Shown here: positions 8,601 through 16,649 of the stretch, in pieces
Numbering within the stretch: position 1 is the stretch's first letter
Layout of the letters: each line of letters begins with the position of its first letter
Virus record (IMG/VR): IMGVR_UViG_3300008111_000022
From: an uncultured virus (IMG/VR IMGVR_UViG_3300008111_000022)
Lineage: Duplodnaviria > Heunggongvirae > Uroviricota > Caudoviricetes
Length of the DNA stretch: 20,000 nt
Direction: 5' to 3' (one strand)
Notes under the pieces: generated by a model
Seen by the model: only the letters and a program-made list of their open reading frames with translations
The model's database searches: none
Told to the model about the DNA's origin: nothing
Translations under genes and position numbers: made by a program

Positions 8601-11141
8601 GATTGTTCCATTAGAACCAGTATCATCAATTGCAATAGAAGAATCTCCTATTTGTAAGGCACTGGTTTGAAGAACAGATGCTGTCAGAATACCACTGACA
8701 TTTAGGTTACCATCAATATTAGTTTCGGAATTTCCCGATGGATTGATATTGATATCACCAGAAGTTGATGTGATCTCATTTCCAGATATCTGAATATTAC
8801 CAACTGTCAGATAAGTTGGTGTTAAAGTATTTGTATTTGTCCCGTCCGTAACATTTAGATCAGAAAGACTATTAAGTGTAAAGTTCTGTCCACCAAAGTT
8901 TACAGTACCTGCTTCCTGATTGACATAAAATGCCTCACCAACTCTAAAGTCTCCAGACTGGTCAATAGAAACAAAATAAACATTTGCATTATTAGAAGTT
9001 ACAACCTCATCTGCTTGATTGACTAAAGATATGTCTTGACTAAAATCTTTTCCTGATCCAATGTGTCCGAAGTTAAATGCAAACAATCGGAGACCAACAC
9101 CTGGTCCATCAGCACTAATACCAGTATTACCAAAGACTACAGCAGATCCGATAGATCTCATTTCAGCACCAAACTGCTGATAGTCTGCTAATGTAATTTT
9201 AGTTGCCGTTGCAATTCCTACACCAGAACGAACCCAACGAATGTCTTGTGCTGGAATTGAACTATCAATAAAAGAAGTACTGGCAGATGCACCATCAAGA
9301 TGGAGAAGAAGTTTATCACTACCATCAGAATTAAATTGAGTTGTTGATGGAGTGAAAGTTCCAGTATATCTTGCAGTATTTGAAATTCTAACTTCATCAA
9401 TATAACCAACAAAAACATTGGATGAAGAACTATCAGCACCAATTGTCAGTTGTCCAGTGTTACCAATGGATGAAGAATTTGTTTCTGTCGTACCAAGTGC
9501 AGTTCCATTAACATAAGCAGTAATTGTTGATCCAGAACGAACTAATGCAATGTGTGTCCAGGTATTGATCGAAATCGAACCACCAAACGTTGTAGAAGCA
9601 CTGCCAAAGAAATTACCAGTTACAACTCCACTTTCCAATGAAAGGTGATATCTACCAGTTGTTTCGGTTCCTAATGAGAAAAGATAACGACTTCCAGTTA
9701 CACTTGTTGGATAAATCCATGTTTCTGCTGTAAAGTTTCCAGAGAATGCAAAGTCTGATCCACCTTCACATCTCGCATAGTCTCCTGTACCATCAAGATA
9801 TAAAGATGCAGTTCCAATCTTTTTCTGCAGTGTCGATAACTGGGCATCACCATAAGCAGTTACAGTCTTGCCAAGTCTCGATGTTGGGAGTTCAAATAGT
9901 CCCTCACCCTTACCAGTAATTGAAGAAAGACCAGTTGCTGAGGTATAACTCCTAACCGTACCAAATCCAAGTGCTTCTTTGTAAGATATATTACCACTGG
10001 TGGTTGCAGAACCTGCCATGGTAACAGAGAATGTATTAACTCCAACGTATCCAGTAACACGATAGAATCCATCTGTTGCCGTACCAGAAGTAAAGTCAGC
10101 AAAAACTCTATCTCCAACAGTCAAACCATGGCCGACTCTGGTGATTGTAAGTGCAGTTCCTACTTGAGAATAAGTACCAGACCTATAGTTTGCTTCAAGG
10201 TAATAAAGTTCGTCATTCGTGGTTGGATATCCAGAACCACCGGTAATAATTCCAGAAGTTTTAATTCTTACATAACCAGTACTTGCTACACCAACAGTTC
10301 CATCATATGCATGAATTCCTTTATCAGCAAGATAAGAGAAACAGTTGACCCATTCGGTTCTTGCACCGTTGGTCATCTCTAGTGCAGTGTTGTTAGGAGT
10401 GATAAATGTACACTCATTGAACAACATTGCTGGTTCAAGTGTGTCTGTAGTAACGACACTACCATCAATTAATGCACCACGACCTGCTTTGTAAGTAGAT
10501 GGTGGCGAATGTGGAGTATCAAATCCATATGGATCTGTAGAGGAAGTGACTGATCCTCTGTTTAATACTGTTACTCTCTGAATGTATGGTGAACGAGTTG
10601 TGGTCTTACTGTTGTTTGCGAATCTAAAACCATAACCAGGTTCATAAAAATTACCAATACTTAAATCTTCAACTGTCGTTTCACCATTAAGCAAGAATCC
10701 ATCATTCTGCTTTGTTCCTTCTGTTGGTTGAATGAATGTACCACGAAGACCAACACCTCTAATAGTTACACCAACTGGAACTGTTAGTGGAAAAATTTCA
10801 GTGAATGTACCTGACTGAACAAAAATCGTATCACCAGACGTTGCAACACTCAGAGCATGTTTAAGTGTGGCATATGGTTCGTTTAAATTATTTCCAGTAT
10901 TACCATCACTTCCATTTGTCGCAACATAATATGTCTTACCTGGTGCATTTATACTTCCATCAAATCTAGTAGCACTAATGATTCCACTAGCACCATACAT
11001 TGTAATTGCGGCACCTACTTGAAATGTACCTAATGGATTTGTTATCCCTACACCAACATTTCCTAACGGTGTTGCAATTAAAACTGTACCACCTACACCT
11101 ACTTCTAGCCCGCGCTTTACCCTAAAGTTCTGTTCTGCCAA
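2610..11141 (-). CDS. Giant tail fibre/adhesin (2843 aa) with pectin-lyase-like beta-helix, LamG/ConA-like lectin domain, fibre repeats and C-terminal peptidase S74 intramolecular chaperone
   Basis: TTG start with GGGGA 9 nt upstream. YYVATNGSD..G....PYATLKHAL...GDTIFV.SGTF beta-helix entry (~10930). LamG-like GTASLYLDGTGDY...FTAETWIYP...WTHIALVRSG...YVNG...GYIDEVRIS (~9370-9815). 26-aa repeats (~7230-8440). C-terminal SSDAALKNNV...GVLAQEIEKIMPELV...SVNYNGLIGLLIEVVKEQ S74 signature (~2610-2900). Confidence 0.85.
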   Translation of the reverse strand: MAEQNFRVKRGLEVGVGGTVLIATPLGNVGVGITNPLGTFQVGAAITMYGASGIISATRFDGSINAPGKTYYVATNGSDGNTGNNLNEPYATLKHALSVATSGDTIFVQSGTFTEIFPLTVPVGVTIRGVGLRGTFIQPTEGTKQNDGFLLNGETTVEDLSIGNFYEPGYGFRFANNSKTTTRSPYIQRVTVLNRGSVTSSTDPYGFDTPHSPPSTYKAGRGALIDGSVVTTDTLEPAMLFNECTFITPNNTALEMTNGARTEWVNCFSYLADKGIHAYDGTVGVASTGYVRIKTSGIITGGSGYPTTNDELYYLEANYRSGTYSQVGTALTITRVGHGLTVGDRVFADFTSGTATDGFYRVTGYVGVNTFSVTMAGSATTSGNISYKEALGFGTVRSYTSATGLSSITGKGEGLFELPTSRLGKTVTAYGDAQLSTLQKKIGTASLYLDGTGDYARCEGGSDFAFSGNFTAETWIYPTSVTGSRYLFSLGTETTGRYHLSLESGVVTGNFFGSASTTFGGSISINTWTHIALVRSGSTITAYVNGTALGTTETNSSSIGNTGQLTIGADSSSSNVFVGYIDEVRISNTARYTGTFTPSTTQFNSDGSDKLLLHLDGASASTSFIDSSIPAQDIRWVRSGVGIATATKITLADYQQFGAEMRSIGSAVVFGNTGISADGPGVGLRLFAFNFGHIGSGKDFSQDISLVNQADEVVTSNNANVYFVSIDQSGDFRVGEAFYVNQEAGTVNFGGQNFTLNSLSDLNVTDGTNTNTLTPTYLTVGNIQISGNEITSTSGDININPSGNSETNIDGNLNVSGILTASVLQTSALQIGDSSIAIDDTGSNGTIRFNTDNIEAFRINNSQNIGIGTTNPTARLDVFGDSRFTGIITALKFDGQLNSGIATISTGIVTNLITSGIGTINTASVDLAYVKSGIVTNLTTTGIGTINTASVDLGYVKTGIVTNLTTTGIATIAIASVDLAYVKTGIVTNLTTTGIATIAIASVDLAYVKSGIVTNLTTTGIATINTASVDLAYVKSGIVTNLTTTGIGTINTASVDLAYVKSGIVTNLTTTGIGTINTASVDLAYVNTGIVTNLSTSGIATIATASVDLAYVKSGIITNLTASGIATINTASVDLAYVNSGIVTNLTTTGIGTITTLNATTGNIVTGVITDLSGSTATYTTGNIVTGIVTNLITSGIGTIATASVDLGYVKTGIVTNLTTTGIASIATGVVTNLITSGIGTINTASIDLAYIKSGIVTNLTTTGIGTIATASVDLGYVKTGIITNLTTSGIATIATLNATTGNIVTGLVTTISGTTATYTTGNIDTLNATTGNIVTGLVTTISGTTLNYSGVGTITTLNSTNFISGIATATTRLSTGASGVGINITQNTISGPSEVIIDPAGVGDNTGSVRIKGDLYVDGTTTQINSTSLEIADFIVGIASTATTDLLADGAGIKIGPNNTLLYDHANTALKSSENFNLASGKVYEIDGTNVLSSTTLGSGVVNSSLTSVGTLGQLNVSGVATFQSDVKLGDNNNLYFGDGNDLRIVHDGSNSYITDQGTGNLAILGDNEVWIGNTAASEYKARFITNGAVELYYDASKKFETTGYGATVFGTLQSPQLNVTGIVTATGGIRVGAAGSIGIGTTNPTAPITIFSTDIPQLKLNVSADGIRSEDLRTNNTNTFNIINKLNITPWPSNTYSLLDLGVVDSNDSYTGGIRIHADGNVGGSNRTAIVLGAFYTGLSELNAITIRGTGLVGIGSADPTSKLDVGGNVKIVGIVTASSFVKSGGTSSQFLKADGSVDSSTYLTSYTETDTLNSVTTRGNVTSNGISVGLVTVTQLVIGTGVTLTSGGLRINSGIVTASQFVRSGGTSSQFLKADGSVDSSTYLTSYTETDTLDSVTTRGRTTSNGISVGVLTATSLIKSGGTSSQFLKADGSVDSSTYSGQIEVREEGTQIGTAATTFNFVGAGVTATYNAGITTITISGGGGGSGAPGGSDTQVQFNDGGSTLGGDSGLTYNKTTDTLSVTGGVNVGTGVTILPSGIRINTGIVTAQSFVGDGSGLTGVGFALTVGTRTAGVNNNDAVSNVKAIRFAKTPFSVTDLGSGEVLIQSESTFNPWYVNGQGTLKATGEEPIEFIAGPGIAITTKEVASAGIGTTFSKAITFNSVPSGSDTQIQFNDGGSTFGGDSGLTYNKTTDILSVTGGVNVGTGVTILPSGLRTNTGIVTASSFVKSGGTSSQFLKADGSVDSSAYITSYAETDTLDSVTTRGRTTTNGISVGLLTATSIVKSGGTSSQFLKADGSVDSSTYLTTTGNGINLTGIVTSIVAGTNVTISGSTGQVTINAGGGGSNIAVQDEGSQVGTAATVLNFVGAGVTATYNAGITTITISGGGGGGSTNPGGSDTQVQFNDGGSTFGGDSGLTYNKTTDTLSVTGGVNVGTGVTILPSGIRINTGIVTASQFVRSGGTSSQFLKADGSVDSSTYLTSYTETDTLDSVTTRGRTTTNGISVGIITAANQIKIQSSDSNPGRIDLFCEIGNAHYTRLQAAPHNQYGGNAVVVLPAINGDMVIGNTSVAIDENINTTGIITANSFVKPGSTSSEFLKGDGSTDANTYLTTTGNGVNLTGIVTSIVAGTNVTISGSTGKVTINASGGGGSSLTVQEEGSNVGTAATTLNFVGSGVTATYSGGTATITISGGGGGGGGTPGGSDTQIQFNDGGSTFGGDSGLTYNKTTDTLTVAGGIIVTGVVTATDFNSSSDAALKNNVRTIEDPLAKVMSIRGVNFEWKENGQSSAGVLAQEIEKIMPELVRNSTDNIKSVNYNGLIGLLIEVVKEQQNQINELKSKLS
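2935..5820 (-). repeat. Shuffled modular repeats in the C-terminal third of the 2843-aa fibre
   Basis: Six copies plus one variant of SGGTSSQFLKADGSVDSS; four of SDTQ(V/I)QFNDGGST.GGDSGLTYNKTTD; three of V.(E/D)EG..(V/I)GTAAT..NFVG; two of YLTTTGNG.NLTGIVTSIVAGTNVTISGSTG. 3673-3782 and 5458-5567 differ at 1 of 110 nt. Confidence 0.9.
7230..8440 (-). repeat. 78-bp (26-aa) tandem coding repeat ASVDLAYVKSGIVTNLTTTGIGTINT
   Basis: Period of 78 nt seen directly (e.g. ATTGATAGTACC at 7911 and 7989); more than 10 degenerate copies. Confidence 0.9.
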
Positions 11142-11163
11142 GGTTCACTATCCCCTATGGTTC
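11141..11163 (-). promoter_or_regulatory. 23-bp leader element copy 1 (GAACCATAGGGGATAGTGAACCT), including the RBS and first base of the TTG start
   Basis: Identical to 16662-16684; lies between a late promoter (11172-11178) and the TTG start of the 2843-aa gene. Confidence 0.75.
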
Positions 11164-11171
11164 TTTTTATC

Positions 11172-11178
11172 TATTTAT
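11172..11178 (-). promoter_or_regulatory. T4-type late promoter (ATAAATA)
   Basis: ATAAATA overlapping the last base of the TGA stop (11178-11180), ~30 nt upstream of the 2843-aa start. Confidence 0.65.
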
Positions 11179-12323
11179 CAAACTACGATAGAAGTAAAAC
11201 TAATCTTAAATGTTGTTGAAGAAGAACTTGCAGGGGTTGCCAGTAACCTTATATTTGCACCAGAAATATCCACATCATAACTAGCAACAGTTCCATTATT
11301 ATAGACAGTTCCATATTCAGTCAAATATGCATTTGTACTATCATGAACTACAAGTATCTTTGTAGTATGGAAATTAGTTCCTTCAACTGCCTGAACAAGG
11401 TATTCGACAGAACGATACTGGTTTCTTGAAATAGTATGAATAGATGTTTGTGATGTTGTAGTTGTTGTTGCAGTTGCTGATCCTGTTCTGGTTGAAGTTG
11501 TATCATGAGTTGGTGCAGTTATTATACCAGAAACATTTGCATTGGTGTAAGTTAAGTCAGTACCAGAGATTGTGGTAACAACACCAGTTACAATGTTTCC
11601 AGTAGTAGCATTAGCAGTCGTAAAGTTACCAGTAGTATAAGTAGCATTAGAACCACTAAGTGTGGTAACAACACCTGTTACAATGTTACCTGTGATATTA
11701 CCAGTTGTCGCATTAGCAGTTGTAAAGTTACCAGTGGTGTAAGTTGCATTGGTGCCACTTAAGGTTGTGACCAAACCAGTAACAATGTTACCAGTAGTAG
11801 CATTAGCAGTTGTAAAGTTACCAGTGGTGTAAGTTGCATTGGTGCCACTTAAGGTTGTTACGACACCAGTGACAATGTTACCAGTGGTGGCATTAGCAGT
11901 TGTAAAGTTACCTGTAGTGTAAGTTGCCGTGGTTCCAGAAAGAGTTGTTACGACACCAGTTACAATGTTACCAGTGGTGGCATTAAGAGTCGTGATAGTA
12001 CCAATGCCACTGGTGATTAAGTTGGTAACAACACCAGTAACAATGTTACCGATATTGGTATTAGCAGTTGTAAAGTTACCTGTAGTGTAAGTTGCCGTGG
12101 TTCCAGAAAGAGTTGTTACGACACCAGTAACAATGTTACCAGTAGTTGCATTAGCAGTTCCGAAGTTACCGGTCGTATAAGTTGCCGTGGTTCCAGAAAG
12201 AGTTGTTACGACACCAGTTACAATGTTTCCAGTAGTAGCATTAGCAGTCGTAAAGTTACCAGTAGTATAAGTAGCATTAGAACCACTAAGTGTGGTAACA
12301 ACACCTGTTACAATGTTACCTGT
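11178..12323 (-). CDS. C-terminal part of the long tail fibre (continuation of 12308..16600 in the -1 frame)
   Basis: This frame is open from 12371 to the TGA at 11178. It continues the same TGNIVTGVVTTLSGTTATYTTGNF repeats and ends in a ~100-aa globular domain (YRSVEYLVQ...KILVVHD...AYLTEYGTV...IRLLATP). The track's start at 11774 is an internal TTG (Leu). Confidence 0.8.
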   Translation of the reverse strand, partial: TGNIVTGVVTTLSGSNATYTTGNFTTANATTGNIVTGVVTTLSGTTATYTTGNFGTANATTGNIVTGVVTTLSGTTATYTTGNFTTANTNIGNIVTGVVTNLITSGIGTITTLNATTGNIVTGVVTTLSGTTATYTTGNFTTANATTGNIVTGVVTTLSGTNATYTTGNFTTANATTGNIVTGLVTTLSGTNATYTTGNFTTANATTGNITGNIVTGVVTTLSGSNATYTTGNFTTANATTGNIVTGVVTTISGTDLTYTNANVSGIITAPTHDTTSTRTGSATATTTTTSQTSIHTISRNQYRSVEYLVQAVEGTNFHTTKILVVHDSTNAYLTEYGTVYNNGTVASYDVDISGANIRLLATPASSSSTTFKISFTSIVV

Positions 12324-14470
12324 GTGATAGTACCAATACCACTGGTGGTTAAGTTGGTTACAATTCCAGTCCTAATATTTGCTCTATCAATTGAAGCATT
12401 AGTATAGGTAGCAGTAGTACCTGATAAAGTTGTTACGATTCCAGTAACGATGTTACCTGTTGTAGCATTAAGAGTCGTGATAGTACCAATGCCATTTGTG
12501 ATTAAGTTGGTAACAATACCTGTTACAATGTTGCCATTCGTAACATTGATATTTGTAATGGTACCAATTCCAGAAGCACTGATATTTGCTACTGTTAATA
12601 GAGTCGAACTTAAAACTTCAGTGCCATTAATCTCATAAGATTTACCAACAGCAAGATTAAAGTTCTCACTAGACTTTAAAGCAGTATTAGCATGATCATA
12701 TGTTAATGTATTATCAGGACCAATTTTAATTCCAGCCCCATCTGCTAATAAATCAGTTGTTGCTGTAGAAGCAATTCCAACGATAAAATCAGCAAGTTCG
12801 ATTGTTGCAGAATTGATGATGGTTTGTGTTCCATCAACGAATAGATCTCCTTTAATTCTTACGGCACCAGTATTATCTCCAACTGCTGCCGGATCAATAA
12901 TAAGTTCTGAAGGGCCTTGAATTTGACCAGTTAATTTAATATTACCAACTACATCTAATTTTGATGTTGGATTTGTGGTTCCAACTCCAAGATTACCAGA
13001 AACATAAGCACCACCAGTGACTTGAAGTTGTTGTGCCGTTAAATTAGTTGTTGAAGTAATACCAAGAGTGCTTATTCCAGTATAATTTAAATTTGTACCA
13101 CTTAGAGTTGTGACTACACCAGTAACAATGTTACCAGTGGTGGCATTAAGAGTCGTGATAGTACCAATGCCACTGGTGATTAAGTTGGTAACAACACCAG
13201 TAACAATGTTACCAGTGGTGGCATTAAGAGTCGTGATAGTACCAATGCCACTGGTGATTAAGTTGGTAACAACACCAGTAACAATGTTACCAATATTAGT
13301 ATTAGCAGTTACAAAATTACCAGTCGTATAAGTTGCTGTTGTACCAGAAAGAGTTGTTACTAAACCAGTAACAATATTACCAGTGGTAGCATTAAGAGTG
13401 GTGATAGTACCAATACCACTTGTGATTAAGTTGGTTACGACACCAGTGACAATGTTACCAGTGGTGGCATTAGCAGTTGTAAAATTACCGGTCGTATAAG
13501 TAGCAGTAGTACCTGATAAAGTTGTTACGACACCAGTTACAATATTACCAGTGGTGGCATTAAGAGTCGTGATAGTACCAATGCCACTGGTGATTAAGTT
13601 GGTAACAACACCAGTAACAATGTTACCAATATTAGTATTAGCAGTTACAAAATTACCGGTCGTATAAGTAGCAGTAGTACCTGATAAAGTTGTTACGACA
13701 CCAGTTACAATATTACCAGTGGTAGCATTAGCAGTTCCGAAGTTACCGGTCGTATAAGTTGCCGTGGTTCCAGAAAGAGTTGTTACTAAACCAGTAACAA
13801 TATTACCAGTGATGGCATTAAGAGTTGTGATAGTGCCAATGCCACTTGTGGTTAAGTTGGTTACAATACCAGTCTTAACATATGCTAGATCAATTGATGC
13901 GGTAGATACGGTAGCAATACCAGATACAATAAAATTAGTAACAATACCAGTTCTAATATTTGCAGTATTAATTGATGCATCAGTGTAGGTAGCAGTGGTA
14001 CCAGATAAAGTAGTTACAACACCAGTTACAATGTTACCTGTTGTGGCATTAAGAGTCGTGATAGTACCAATGCCACTTGTGCGTAAATTAGTTACGATTC
14101 CAGTAACGACATTACCGATATTAGTATTAACAGTTGTAAAATTACCTGTAATATAAGTTGCTCCTACACCAGAAAGAGTTGTAATAACACCAATATCTAC
14201 AATAGCGTTAGTTACATTAGCAGTGTCAAAATTACCGGTCGTATAAGTAGCAGTAGTACCTGATAAAGTTGTTACGACACCAGTTACAATGTTACCAGTG
14301 GTGGCATTAAGAGTCGTGATAGTACCAATGCCACTTGTGCGTAAATTAGTTACGATTCCAGTAACGATGTTACCTGTTGTGGCATTAAGATTTGTGATAG
14401 TGCCAATGCCACTTGTGGTTAAGTTGGTTACAACACCAGTTACAATATTACCAATGTTAGTATTAATAGT
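11560..14470 (-). repeat. Thr/Gly/Asn-rich fibre-shaft repeat arrays (TGNIVTGVVTTLSGTTATYTTGNF / GIGTITTLNATTGNIVTG), interrupted by a non-repeat module at ~12600-13080
   Basis: Dozens of near-identical units; 78-nt tandem at 13119/13197; exact 114-bp duplicate at 11581-11694 and 12211-12324. Confidence 0.9.
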
Positions 14471-16600
14471 TGTGAACGTAGATATTCCTATTACATTCAG
14501 TTGGGATGTGTTTAATATTCCATAAACAGTTGCCCCAGCACCTGTAGTTTCAAATTTTGTGCTACTGCCATGATAAAGTTGTACAGATCCATTCTCAGTA
14601 GCAACAACCATTGGTTGACTATTAAGAATTAAACTAATATTTCCACCATTAGATCTAAGATTTAAAGTTCCAGGTCCTTGTTCATAAATCCAACTATCAG
14701 TTCCATCATGATAAATTTTTAAATCATCATCATCACCTAAAATTATTTGATCATTATCTCCCAATCTTATATTGCTTTGGAATGTAGCAACACCAGATAC
14801 AGTTAGATTAGTTACAATACCAGAAGTAATGCTGGCAATACCAGTGGTTATTAAGTTAGTTGTAATACCAGTCTTAACATATGCTAGATCAATTGATGCT
14901 GTAGCAATAGTACCAATACCAGAGGTGGTTAAGTTGGTTACAATACCAGTAACAATATTAGCATTTGTAATATTGGTAGTAGTACTATTAAGTGTTGCAA
15001 TAGTACCAACACCAGTTACATTCAGGTTATTGGTTGTCGTTAAACCACTAGAGTTAATATTTGCTACGGTTAGAAGAGTTGAACTTAAAACCTCAGTACC
15101 ATCAATCTCATAAACCTTTCCAACAGCAAGATTAAAGTTTTCACTAGACTTTAATGCCGTATTAGCATGATCATATGTTAATGTATTATTAGGACCAATT
15201 TTAATTCCAGCACCATCGGCAAGTACATCTGTTGTTGCCGTTGAAGCAATACCAACGATGAAATCTGCAATTTCTACTGTTGTTGAATTGATAACAGTCT
15301 GAACACCATCAACGAATAGATCTCCTTTGATTCTAACTGATCCAGTATTATCACCAACACCAGCAGGATCAATAGTAATTTCAGAAGGACCACTGATTGT
15401 ATTTTGAGTAATATTAATTCCTGTACCAAAATTACCAGTAGAAAATCTGTCGAAGGATGTTACTACTCCAGTTGAGATTATATTTTCATTTACTTCTACG
15501 TTACCAATGAACTTAGCATTCGTATTAAAAGTAGAAATACCAGAAACAATTAATCTATCGTCAATGAGTATAGTACCATCTGCAGAATCAATAGTTAGAT
15601 TTCCGACAGTAGTATCAATTTCATTATCACCACTAATTCCTATTTGAACATTATCAATTGTGACACCATTATTTGCATCTAAAAGTTGACTAAAAGTTGC
15701 TATGCCAGAAACAATTAATGATGAATCAATGTTAACAAGATTATTATCCGAATCTAGGATTAAATCCCCAGTGTTGGTGTAAATTTTATTAATATCCCCA
15801 ACACCAATTAAAATATTATCAATAAATGCACCCTTTTCTGCAAAAATAGTTTCGGCAAATGTTACTACCCCTACAAAATTTGAGTGCCCATCGATTGCGG
15901 CATTACGATTTACTTTTAAATCACCAAAAGTAGATATACCAGTTACAAAGGTATTACCAACAACATGAAGTTTTGACGTTGGGGTTGTTGTACCTATGCC
16001 AACATCATTATTGAGATTAATTCTTATTGCGTTTTGATTATTAGCACCTAATCCAAGTTGAATATTATCAGCAGCATTAATATTAGAAACTAAATTTTGA
16101 TGCGAAAAAACTAAATCACCTTGTCCACCTGTTACAAATCTTATATTACCACCATCAACTTCAAGAGCATATGCTCCAATTTCACCTTGAGTAAGACCGA
16201 TCCCAACTTTTCCAGCAGAAGTTACAACAAATGGTGTTATATCAGGATTTAAGCTATCTTCAACTACCAATGCTGGACCCGATCCAGTTTGAGTAATTCT
16301 TACAAGTTCAGAGCTGTTATTTCCACTAAAAATAGCGCCCCCAGAAACATGTAGTGGTGCTAAAGATAATGTTGTTCCTATACCAACCGAATTCAAATAA
16401 TAAATCGACCCTGCACCAAAGTTCTCTGTCCAAGGTGTTAACAGGGCAATGGTTGTACCTATTGCGACACCACCAGTGTCTCTCTTCCCCCATAGGTAAC
16501 CATCATAAAAGTTAAAAGCTAATTCACCTAACTGTAAATCATTTACTACAGGTCTCTTACCAGGTACAGCAGACCTTTTTAGTCTAATTGGAGTTGCCAT
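12308..16600 (-). CDS. Long tail fibre protein, N-terminal part (T4 gp37-like N-terminus); frameshifted at ~12324, about 1,806 aa if joined to 11178
   Basis: The N-terminus IRLKRSAVPGKRP...LQLGELAFNFYDG resembles, from recall, the T4 gp37 N-terminus (QFKRS..AG.RP....L..GELAIN..D). Contains VGIGTT.P motifs and fibre repeats; the repeat register breaks abruptly at GIGTIT/QVTL*. Confidence 0.8.
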   Translation of the reverse strand: MATPIRLKRSAVPGKRPVVNDLQLGELAFNFYDGYLWGKRDTGGVAIGTTIALLTPWTENFGAGSIYYLNSVGIGTTLSLAPLHVSGGAIFSGNNSSELVRITQTGSGPALVVEDSLNPDITPFVVTSAGKVGIGLTQGEIGAYALEVDGGNIRFVTGGQGDLVFSHQNLVSNINAADNIQLGLGANNQNAIRINLNNDVGIGTTTPTSKLHVVGNTFVTGISTFGDLKVNRNAAIDGHSNFVGVVTFAETIFAEKGAFIDNILIGVGDINKIYTNTGDLILDSDNNLVNIDSSLIVSGIATFSQLLDANNGVTIDNVQIGISGDNEIDTTVGNLTIDSADGTILIDDRLIVSGISTFNTNAKFIGNVEVNENIISTGVVTSFDRFSTGNFGTGINITQNTISGPSEITIDPAGVGDNTGSVRIKGDLFVDGVQTVINSTTVEIADFIVGIASTATTDVLADGAGIKIGPNNTLTYDHANTALKSSENFNLAVGKVYEIDGTEVLSSTLLTVANINSSGLTTTNNLNVTGVGTIATLNSTTTNITNANIVTGIVTNLTTSGIGTIATASIDLAYVKTGITTNLITTGIASITSGIVTNLTVSGVATFQSNIRLGDNDQIILGDDDDLKIYHDGTDSWIYEQGPGTLNLRSNGGNISLILNSQPMVVATENGSVQLYHGSSTKFETTGAGATVYGILNTSQLNVIGISTFTTINTNIGNIVTGVVTNLTTSGIGTITNLNATTGNIVTGIVTNLRTSGIGTITTLNATTGNIVTGVVTTLSGTTATYTTGNFDTANVTNAIVDIGVITTLSGVGATYITGNFTTVNTNIGNVVTGIVTNLRTSGIGTITTLNATTGNIVTGVVTTLSGTTATYTDASINTANIRTGIVTNFIVSGIATVSTASIDLAYVKTGIVTNLTTSGIGTITTLNAITGNIVTGLVTTLSGTTATYTTGNFGTANATTGNIVTGVVTTLSGTTATYTTGNFVTANTNIGNIVTGVVTNLITSGIGTITTLNATTGNIVTGVVTTLSGTTATYTTGNFTTANATTGNIVTGVVTNLITSGIGTITTLNATTGNIVTGLVTTLSGTTATYTTGNFVTANTNIGNIVTGVVTNLITSGIGTITTLNATTGNIVTGVVTNLITSGIGTITTLNATTGNIVTGVVTTLSGTNLNYTGISTLGITSTTNLTAQQLQVTGGAYVSGNLGVGTTNPTSKLDVVGNIKLTGQIQGPSELIIDPAAVGDNTGAVRIKGDLFVDGTQTIINSATIELADFIVGIASTATTDLLADGAGIKIGPDNTLTYDHANTALKSSENFNLAVGKSYEINGTEVLSSTLLTVANISASGIGTITNINVTNGNIVTGIVTNLITNGIGTITTLNATTGNIVTGIVTTLSGTTATYTNASIDRANIRTGIVTNLTTSGIGTITQVTL

Positions 16601-16606
16601 TTATCG

Positions 16607-16649
16607 TAAGACGGTATTTACCTTTTTGCAGTATATACTGCATGTCTTA
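16607..16649 (-). promoter_or_regulatory. Candidate structured 5' leader (three-way junction) just upstream of the fibre start codon
   Basis: Minus strand TAAGAC-A-TGCAGTATATACTGCA-AAAA-GGTAAATACC-GTCTTA: a closing 6-bp stem plus two hairpins, ending 6 nt before the ATG at 16600. Confidence 0.55.

Noticed and set aside
11178..11774. 198-aa ORF as an independent gene
   Set aside because: Its start is an internal TTG within a repeat and the frame is open up to 12371; it is the tail of the frameshifted fibre gene.
12315..12345. Programmed -1 ribosomal frameshift
   Set aside because: No X XXY YYZ heptamer or evident downstream stimulatory structure; an indel or mis-assembly explains it better.
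7230..14470. Tandem repeats as a CRISPR array or DGR template/variable repeat
   Set aside because: The repeats are in-frame coding units (multiples of 3) with no unique spacers. Differences between copies are mostly synonymous rather than adenine-specific, and no cas or reverse transcriptase gene is in the window.
2153..15113. Many + strand ORFs rich in V/I/P/L (e.g. 7660-7890, 13110-13331, 14772-15113)
   Set aside because: Antisense shadows of Thr/Gly/Asn repeat codons in the fibre genes; no independent RBS, promoter or protein-like features.
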